In this document: piece by piece, positions 14,567 through 21,181 of the stretch
Layout: each line of letters starts with the position of its first letter
Numbering within the stretch: position 1 is the first letter of the stretch
From: an archaeon
GTDB taxonomy: Archaea; Asgardarchaeota; Heimdallarchaeia; Heimdallarchaeales; Kariarchaeaceae
Assembly (NCBI GenBank): GCA_024280435.1
Contig: JAJRQD010000018.1
Coordinates: 3,868 to 27,867 of the forward strand
Length of the DNA stretch: 24,000 bases
Direction: 5' to 3'
Notes under the pieces: generated by a model
Database searches by the model: none
What the model was told of the DNA's origin: nothing
What the model saw: the letters and a program-made list of their open reading frames with translations, nothing else
Translations under genes and position numbers: made by a program

Positions 14567-15100
14567 GTGAGTTACAAAGCGACATTCAAAATCTTACTTT
14601 TGGGTAACGGGGGCGTAGGTAAGACAGCAGTGGTACAGAGATTTGTTCATGGCAAATTTAAAGAGTCATATCAAATGACAATTGGCATGGAGCCCTATAG
14701 TCGCTATGAAACGATAAATGGAGTGAAAGTTGTATATTCCCTTTGGGATATTGCAGGACAAGAAAAATTCCGTGCAATGCGTCAGATATTTTTCCAGGGT
14801 GCTCGTGGTACGATAATTGTATTTGATCTAACACGAAGAGAATCTTTTGAAAAAATTGAAGAATGGATGGAGGAAAGTAAAGCAGAGGCCAATGATCAAT
14901 TATTTTTATTAATAGGAAATAAGAATGATTTGGAAGATGAAAGAGAGATTTCACTTGCGGAAGCTAATAATTTAGCAAATGAATTAGGTTTTATTGATTA
15001 TATAGAAAGTTCTGCAAAAACAGGAATGAATGTTGAAGCAGCTTTTACATTGCTTGGATCCAAATTACTAGAAAAGTATGCGCCTAAGAACAGAAAATAA
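14567..15100 (+). CDS. Rab-like small GTPase (Ras superfamily), second copy
   Basis: G1 'GNGGVGKT', switch I 'TIGMEP', G3 'WDIAGQEKF', 'FFQGARGTIIVFDLT', G4 'GNKNDL', G5 'SSAKTG'. GTG start. The C-terminus 'EKYAPKNRK' has no Cys. Confidence 0.85.
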   Translation: MSYKATFKILLLGNGGVGKTAVVQRFVHGKFKESYQMTIGMEPYSRYETINGVKVVYSLWDIAGQEKFRAMRQIFFQGARGTIIVFDLTRRESFEKIEEWMEESKAEANDQLFLLIGNKNDLEDEREISLAEANNLANELGFIDYIESSAKTGMNVEAAFTLLGSKLLEKYAPKNRK

Positions 15101-15110
15101 TAACTAGTCT

Positions 15111-15995
15111 TTATTTACTATCATTCTTGATTGATAATACAATTATCATAGAAAGCAACAAAAATAATATCCCAACCCATACTTTAAAATTATATCTTGT
15201 ACCAAGAATAAATTCAATTGTGAAAGGAATTGTCATCTGGAACAAAAGCAGTATAGAAGCAGAATTTGCACTGATTTCTTTTAATGCTTCAAAATACGCA
15301 ATAAATGCAATAATAGTGGAGAAAATAATTAACAATATCAACCACATAAATAATTCATTGTTCATAGGTACAAATAAATGTTCAAAAAATAAACCAAAAC
15401 TAAAGCTGACTATTGAGATAATTAATAGAACAATATAGAACAATGCAAATATATCCAGTTCTTTATTCTCAACAGTACTATATCTTGAAGTTGTAACAAT
15501 ATAGACTGCATAGCTAAAAGCAGATAATAATAGGAAAATAACACCAATAGTTGAAAGATTTTTACCAGAAAAGTTTTGATCAGATGTAATGGCAATTACA
15601 CCAATTATACCAATAATAATGGCGATAAAATGTTTAAGGTGAATAGTTTCTTTGAGAACAATAAATGATAGAAATGGTACAATAATTAGGAAAATTAATG
15701 ATAACAATGATGACAAACCAGGTGGAACTAACTTTTCTTGCCCCATATATTGTAAAGTTAATCCAATTGCTTCTGATACACCAATCATCCATACCCATTT
15801 ATTATTAATCATCTTTATGATTATATCTTTTTTATTTTTCATAAATGGGGTGACTACAATGAATGAAATGAAAAATCTGAGAAATAAGAATGTATATGGT
15901 CCAATAATTCGAAGACCTTGTTCTATAAAAATAGTTGAGAGACCCCATCCAAATATTGCAATTGCAATTGCACCATAACTTCTAACACTTGCCAT
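15111..15995 (-). CDS. EamA/DMT-superfamily transporter (10 TM)
   Basis: Starting from ATG 15995 the product begins 'MASVRSYGAIAIAIFGWGLSTIFIEQGL' and contains two EamA-like halves. The 108-codon upstream extension in the ORF track overlaps the divergent DUF371 gene and looks non-coding. Confidence 0.75.
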   Translation of the reverse strand: MASVRSYGAIAIAIFGWGLSTIFIEQGLRIIGPYTFLFLRFFISFIVVTPFMKNKKDIIIKMINNKWVWMIGVSEAIGLTLQYMGQEKLVPPGLSSLLSLIFLIIVPFLSFIVLKETIHLKHFIAIIIGIIGVIAITSDQNFSGKNLSTIGVIFLLLSAFSYAVYIVTTSRYSTVENKELDIFALFYIVLLIISIVSFSFGLFFEHLFVPMNNELFMWLILLIIFSTIIAFIAYFEALKEISANSASILLLFQMTIPFTIEFILGTRYNFKVWVGILFLLLSMIIVLSIKNDSK

Positions 15996-16083
15996 AGATT
16001 TACTTTTTTTTTGTGGTATTGAAGTTTTTAGTTCTGTCAGATAATTTAATATTATTATAAGTAAAAAATGTAAAAAAATATTG

Positions 16084-16500
16084 ATGAAATTTATTATAGA
16101 AGTAAAAGGACATCCAAATATAATTGGAAGGCATAAAAGTACGTGGCAGATAACAAAGGACCCCCATTTAACGATCAAAGGGGACTGTATAATTGGAGTT
16201 TCAGCATCCAAAGGAGCAATAGATCTACCTTTTGAATTCAAGCAGCATCTAAAAGAGGAGAAATGGTATTTGGTATCAATCGAAATTGATGACAACAGCA
16301 TTATATCTGGAAGATTCAAAGGAAATAATCAAATGAAGTTGTCTAGCATAGATGATATGGTATTTAGAAAAAGTGAATTTGTATGTGATAGAACAATAGG
16401 TATCTCAGGAGAATTTGTAGCGAAAGATATCCCAAGAGATTTTATAAGAAGAATTAAAAATATGGATGTAAATTTCAAAATTTGTATTAGCTTTGATTAA
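16084..16500 (+). CDS. DUF371-family protein
   Basis: 'KGHPNIIGRHKSTWQITKDPHLTIKGDCIIGVSA' and 'MVFRKSEFVCDRTIGI' match the DUF371 pattern as I recall it (GH.NI..H.tT.EiT....Lt..GDCIiGv.A; iRKS.f.cdRT). Confidence 0.6.
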   Translation: MKFIIEVKGHPNIIGRHKSTWQITKDPHLTIKGDCIIGVSASKGAIDLPFEFKQHLKEEKWYLVSIEIDDNSIISGRFKGNNQMKLSSIDDMVFRKSEFVCDRTIGISGEFVAKDIPRDFIRRIKNMDVNFKICISFD

Positions 16501-16559
16501 TATATTACAAAGCTCAATAATATTTTAATATCACAATCAAATAACCTTATTTGAAAAAA

Positions 16560-17312
16560 ATGATTTATCTTGGGATATCTGGAATTGAATTTCCTCATTT
16601 AGATAAATACTTTCATAATATTGAAAATAAAATATTTGAATATAGTTTAAAATATAAGGTAATTGAATTGTATTCCTCACTTTATAGCACACCCACGGAT
16701 GATAGAATAATATATTTAGATAATACTGATGATAATTTCACTATTGTTGGAAGGATGTTGAAGGATATAACCTATCAAGAGGGAATTATTCAAGATGATA
16801 TTATTAATAATCATTTATGGGCAATTAAAAAACTAAAACAAAAATTTTCTTTATTGTTAATACATTTCAATCATAATTTTTCAAGATCAAACAAGCATAT
16901 AGATTATATTGAAGATTTGTTAAATAGTATAGAAAAATATTTTGATGGCCATATATTACTTGATTTTGCAAACAAAACTTGGTTTAGTTTTGACGAAAAT
17001 TTGAAGAATTTGATAAACAGATATTCAAGTAGTATTGTGAATTCAGATAAATATTTAACTCCTCATAATATGAGAAATCCAGATATTTTCTATTTGAGAT
17101 TGATGGGTGACAAATCATTGGTTCCAACAAATAGTTTTGGTATAAAAAAAATAAATAAAAATAGAGATTTAAATTACTGGTCAAATTATATAAATTCCCT
17201 TAGTAAGCGTCATAAACTAATTTATGTCATTATTGGGAATCACTTTTCTGGAGATGCCTATCAAGATTTAATTTATCTTAATAATCAATTAAAGAAATTT
17301 AACATAAAATAA
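16560..17312 (+). CDS. DUF72 (UPF0759)-like protein
   Basis: 'MIYLGISG', 'FEYSLKYKVIELYSSLYSTP' and 'NFTIVGRMLKDITYQ' parallel the DUF72 motifs 'iyiGtsGW', 'yYa..F..vEiNstFY..P' and 'F.F..K....iTH'. The sequence is divergent. Confidence 0.45.
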   Translation: MIYLGISGIEFPHLDKYFHNIENKIFEYSLKYKVIELYSSLYSTPTDDRIIYLDNTDDNFTIVGRMLKDITYQEGIIQDDIINNHLWAIKKLKQKFSLLLIHFNHNFSRSNKHIDYIEDLLNSIEKYFDGHILLDFANKTWFSFDENLKNLINRYSSSIVNSDKYLTPHNMRNPDIFYLRLMGDKSLVPTNSFGIKKINKNRDLNYWSNYINSLSKRHKLIYVIIGNHFSGDAYQDLIYLNNQLKKFNIK

Positions 17313-17319
17313 TGATGTA

Positions 17320-19086
17320 CTATTCAAAAATGATATTCACAATATCAATTATATCTTTATAAATTAATTTTGGACGAACTAGTTTTTTATGCAGCAATTC
17401 CCATAGCTTACTATGAGCTTTTATCTCTTTCAAAAAATTATCCAATCTCTGAACTGCCATATGAAACGGTCCAATAAATGCATAACAACTGGTTAAATCA
17501 TCAATATTCTGAAAAATTAGATTATATTTTCCATATTTTATAGATTCAATTGATCCATTCTTACCTTTGATAGCATTTGAAATTCCGAGATCAGAGGCCA
17601 TTAAAAAGCCACCAATTAAATTTTTATTGATCACTTCATTGTTATTGAAACTTTTTGTAAACAAAGAAACACCTGTATTGTTTAATAATAAAATAAAAAC
17701 AGGTTCATCAAACTTATTTAATTTTACATTAATATTCTTTTTCTTTAATAATAAATTAAGAGTTTCATGAAGATTTTCTTCCTCAATTTTCTCTAAAACT
17801 GAATTATTGCTATCAATCAATAAATTATATCTCCGCATTTTATTTGTGAATGTTATTCGCTCTTCAGTTATAAATTCAAGCAGCTTCTCTAGATTTTGTG
17901 TTTCAGCAGTTTCATAAGCTTTCATAAGCATTAATTGTGCTTGCTTTAGATCTAGTTTTATCAGATTCAACCTATAAAGTAGTAAATAAGTTTTTGATAA
18001 TAAAGAATATGATTTTTGTTGGTTTGCAATTTCAATGAGAGTTTGGGTAATTACACCTAATTCATGTAAAATAATTTCATTTTTTATCATTTTATATTCA
18101 TATAACAATAGATCACAAAGGTTTAGCAAAACAAAAACATTAAGTTCATGATCAATTATATCATCAAATGCAATTTCTTTGAATATTTGAAGTGCATCTG
18201 ACCGTGAAATAATTCTATCTGATGATTTGATAATTGAAGCATTACAAATGTTATATCTGAGAGTAATTATTTTGGATGCACTTTCATCATTCAACTCAGA
18301 TAATTTATTAAAGTAAAGTTTTGCTTTTCCCAAATCATTAATTTCTAATGATAAATGAACTAATTCATACAATGTTTCTGCAAGAGACTCTTTGTTGTCT
18401 AATTTCATCCTTGAATTTAATGCTTTAAGGAAAAAGTTCAAAGATATTGATAAATCTCCCTTCATTCTATAGGACAGACCTATATCATGAAGACAATATG
18501 CTATGAGAATTTCATTATTCATCTGCATAAAAATTTGCATCGCTTCAAGGTTGTGCTCTAAGGCTAGATCTATTTCTCCTTTAATCTGATAAATGGTAGA
18601 AATATTAGCTAAACTGACGGCGATTCCTTGGGTATCATTAATATTTCGCCGAATTTTTAAACTTTGAAGATAATATTCTAATGCAGCATTCACATCACCC
18701 ATATATCTTGCATACAAACCCCTAATATTGTACAAGCTAGCTTCATATTTATAAAAATCATTATTTTTTGCAATTTCATCTATCTGTTCAATAAATAGTA
18801 TAGCCTCATTTATTGTGAATGCAGCATTATCATAATCAAATAACCTAATGTATGAAATTGATTTATTTAATATTCCACCTAAAACCTCAACTACAATATT
18901 ATCCTTACTAGCATTTCTTATGATTTCAAAAGATAAATTCAAGCATTCATTAAACTCACCTATTTTTTCGTATTTTTCAGCTATTTTATTTAGAATACTG
19001 TACTTATCATTACCAGATAAAACCATAGATAGCTGTTTTGCAGTCTCTAATTGCCCATTATTGATATATTCCAAAATCTGATTCAA
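17320..19086 (-). CDS. TPR-repeat protein with a C-terminal alpha/beta domain (longin/roadblock-like by pattern)
   Basis: Multiple TPR units, e.g. 'ASLYNIRGLYARYMGDVNAALEYYLQSLKI' and 'AVSLANISTIYQIKGEIDLALEHNLEAMQIF'. The last 130 aa (17323-17712) alternate strand and helix: 'PVFILLLNNTGVSLFTKSF...LIGGFLMASDLG...IESIKYGKYNLIFQNIDDLTSCYAFIG...'. TTG start; the true start is uncertain. Confidence 0.6.
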   Translation of the reverse strand: MNQILEYINNGQLETAKQLSMVLSGNDKYSILNKIAEKYEKIGEFNECLNLSFEIIRNASKDNIVVEVLGGILNKSISYIRLFDYDNAAFTINEAILFIEQIDEIAKNNDFYKYEASLYNIRGLYARYMGDVNAALEYYLQSLKIRRNINDTQGIAVSLANISTIYQIKGEIDLALEHNLEAMQIFMQMNNEILIAYCLHDIGLSYRMKGDLSISLNFFLKALNSRMKLDNKESLAETLYELVHLSLEINDLGKAKLYFNKLSELNDESASKIITLRYNICNASIIKSSDRIISRSDALQIFKEIAFDDIIDHELNVFVLLNLCDLLLYEYKMIKNEIILHELGVITQTLIEIANQQKSYSLLSKTYLLLYRLNLIKLDLKQAQLMLMKAYETAETQNLEKLLEFITEERITFTNKMRRYNLLIDSNNSVLEKIEEENLHETLNLLLKKKNINVKLNKFDEPVFILLLNNTGVSLFTKSFNNNEVINKNLIGGFLMASDLGISNAIKGKNGSIESIKYGKYNLIFQNIDDLTSCYAFIGPFHMAVQRLDNFLKEIKAHSKLWELLHKKLVRPKLIYKDIIDIVNIIFE

Positions 19087-19268
19087 TCTAATAAATGCTC
19101 ACCAAAGAGTTATTTTTTCTCTTAATAAATTATTAAAAGAAGATATAAAAGAATAATTAAATTTGTTTAAATTATCTAGCATCATTGTATTAAATATAAT
19201 ATCTAAAATTAAACAAATTTTTATTATTGTATCTCTTAGTTAAAAAAAAAATTACTAAATCAGGGTGT

Positions 19269-20207
19269 ATGATCTTAGATGAAACAAAACAGATAGAATT
19301 AGCTCTTATAACACCAGTAGGTACAACAGACACTTTAGAACAATTAAATATCAGAGATCAGATTGTGGATCAAAAAAAACAATTAGATAAAATTCATAAA
19401 ATGGAATATGGAAAATTAAATCTACTTACAAAGGAAATTTTAGATAAAGAAATAAAAGAAGTGTTTGATAAATATAATATTACAAGATATGGTTTATCAC
19501 CAATATTACCTGAGTTTTTGTATGTAAATGCAACCATTCACAATAATGAAAAATTAGCAATTGTATTCAATTATCCCATGAGATATAAAGAAATGCAAGA
19601 TGCACCTTCAATTGGCTCAGCTACTGAAATATTGAGAGCTTATAAAGTGGTTGGAGAAGTAGTTGTTGAAATAACAAAATCACTAAGATCTATTGGAATC
19701 TTTGCACGTGGTCATCATCCACTTGGAGATAGTCAAGATTATCATCATCTGTTAATGCCACCAATGGCTTATCATGCAGGTTTAGGGGAGAAAGGAAGAA
19801 CTGGTTTGTTGATAGATCATGTTCTAGGACCAATGGTTAGAATTGGCGTTATTACAGTTAATTCTGAATTAAAAAGCTCAGGTCCAGTAATAAAAGGAAT
19901 AGAAGAATTTTGTAAAAGGTGTTTATATTGTGTCCCTCATTGTCCAACAAAAGCATTGTCTAGTACTAGTTTTCAAGAGTATCTAAAAAAAGGAGCTAAA
20001 TTCAAATTCAAAATTAATGCTGATAGATGTATAAAGTATTTTGAAACGCATAATGCATGTGGTAGGTGTGTAGTACATTGTGTATTGGACAAAGAAAATA
20101 AACATGAAATAGGAAAACGAATGGATAGAATAGAAAAATGGTATGACAAGTGGATTAAATCAGGGGAGATGAAAAAATTGAATGCAGAATATTTAAATAA
20201 AGTTTAG
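19269..20207 (+). CDS. QueG/reductive-dehalogenase-like iron-sulfur protein (two 4Fe-4S motifs)
   Basis: 'AYHAGLGEKGRTGLLIDHVLGPMVRIGVITVNSEL' resembles the QueG core ('aGLGwiGKn.lLi.p..Gs...lgeilt'). It also has 'CKRCLYCVPHCPTKAL' and 'CIKYFETHNACGRCVVHC'. I prefer ATG 19269 (GGTG just upstream) to TTG 19227. Confidence 0.55.
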   Translation: MILDETKQIELALITPVGTTDTLEQLNIRDQIVDQKKQLDKIHKMEYGKLNLLTKEILDKEIKEVFDKYNITRYGLSPILPEFLYVNATIHNNEKLAIVFNYPMRYKEMQDAPSIGSATEILRAYKVVGEVVVEITKSLRSIGIFARGHHPLGDSQDYHHLLMPPMAYHAGLGEKGRTGLLIDHVLGPMVRIGVITVNSELKSSGPVIKGIEEFCKRCLYCVPHCPTKALSSTSFQEYLKKGAKFKFKINADRCIKYFETHNACGRCVVHCVLDKENKHEIGKRMDRIEKWYDKWIKSGEMKKLNAEYLNKV

Positions 20208-20213
20208 AAAAAA

Positions 20214-20600
20214 TTACATTTTTTTTGTAATAGAAACAATCAAAACCCGATTTTTAACTGTTAAATCATATTCTTTTTCTATTTCATGGTTAAAACTGAT
20301 AGTTTCTACATATTTGGGATCACCTTCAACAATAATTTGCATGCTTTTATCCAGTATTGTGATATTTACTTGATCTTTATATTTAATTCCAGGTATTTCA
20401 AAAATTAATTCATAATGATCTCTATATTCGATTGAATCAAAATATGGTTTCACTATTTTTGGATTCATGGTGTTAAAGCTGAAAGAAAAGCTAAAATTAT
20501 TTAATTTATCACTATTATTTAGGAAAGTTTTTGAGAACATATCAGTAATTTGATTGATTATATCTTTGAATTCATTTGGTAATATTTCATCATCTTCCAT
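20214..20600 (-). CDS. hsp20: Small heat-shock protein (Hsp20/alpha-crystallin domain)
   Basis: 'FDSIEYRDHYELIFEIPGIKYKDQVNITILDKSMQIIVEG' and 'VKNRVLIVSITKK' fit the alpha-crystallin pattern (D..E.dd.y.l..dlPG..k.di.i.v.....l.I.g / nGvL.i.l.K). I prefer ATG 20600 to the AT-rich 20651 extension. Confidence 0.65.
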   Translation of the reverse strand: MEDDEILPNEFKDIINQITDMFSKTFLNNSDKLNNFSFSFSFNTMNPKIVKPYFDSIEYRDHYELIFEIPGIKYKDQVNITILDKSMQIIVEGDPKYVETISFNHEIEKEYDLTVKNRVLIVSITKKM

Positions 20601-20835
20601 TGAATCACTTCCTAAAAATAGGATGTATTTTTTAATATTTAAATATACCATTCAGGTACTGTACTCATAGTATAATTCTAAAATGATTATTTTGCTGAAA
20701 AACCACTTAAAAAAAATAAAAAATTTAATAATTAATTATAGAGATAACAACGTAAATATAAATGGAAATTTATGTATTATTATAGTGCTCATTTCAGTAA
20801 GGAACTTTAATATTTTAATATTTAAATTGAAAAAA

Positions 20836-21180
20836 ATGCTGAATAGTAATGAGAATATAGTTTTAGAACCAAAGAAAAAAATTGAAATAAAACTAAATAA
20901 AATTGAAAAACTATTTTTATCAAAAGTAAATACTTTGGAAAAATTATTAGAAAAAAATATATTATCTGATATTAATCAAAAAATAGGTAATGAACTACTA
21001 CAAAATGCCAACCATTTTCTAAATTCAGATTTTATTGGTAATAGTAAGATTAGATTAAAAAACGGAAGTATTAATTTATTAAAAGAAGATGATTTTTCAA
21101 TTTGGGTAAACAATGAATTGGCCTACTTAAATGAGGAAATTTCAGTTTTTATCAATGTTATTGAAAGGATGAACAAATAA
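20836..21180 (+). CDS. Hypothetical 114-aa helical protein, translationally coupled to the downstream giant ORF
   Basis: Its stop TAA (21178-21180) is followed by one base and then ATG 21182. I prefer ATG 20836 because the upstream 51 codons read like translated promoter DNA. I recognise no family motif. Confidence 0.4.
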   Translation: MLNSNENIVLEPKKKIEIKLNKIEKLFLSKVNTLEKLLEKNILSDINQKIGNELLQNANHFLNSDFIGNSKIRLKNGSINLLKEDDFSIWVNNELAYLNEEISVFINVIERMNK

Positions 21181-21181
21181 A

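Noticed and set aside
15996-16319. 108-codon N-terminal extension of the EamA transporter ORF, plus antisense ORFs 14658-14954, 15127-15438 and 15652-15978
   Set aside because: The extension overlaps the divergent DUF371 gene and the promoter region, and EamA proteins are about 290 aa. The internal ATG at 15995 gives a canonical 10-TM protein. The other ORFs are antisense shadows of the transporter or the GTPase.
16984-19081. ORFs 16984-17184, 17567-17770 and 18848-19081
   Set aside because: They are antisense to the DUF72-like and TPR genes, with low-complexity products.
20601-20835. 5' extensions of Hsp20 (to 20651) and of the 20683 ORF
   Set aside because: Both extensions translate AT-rich divergent-promoter DNA into Ile/Asn/Lys/Leu strings. 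Internal ATGs (20600, 20836) give sensible proteins. This is still uncertain without TSS data.
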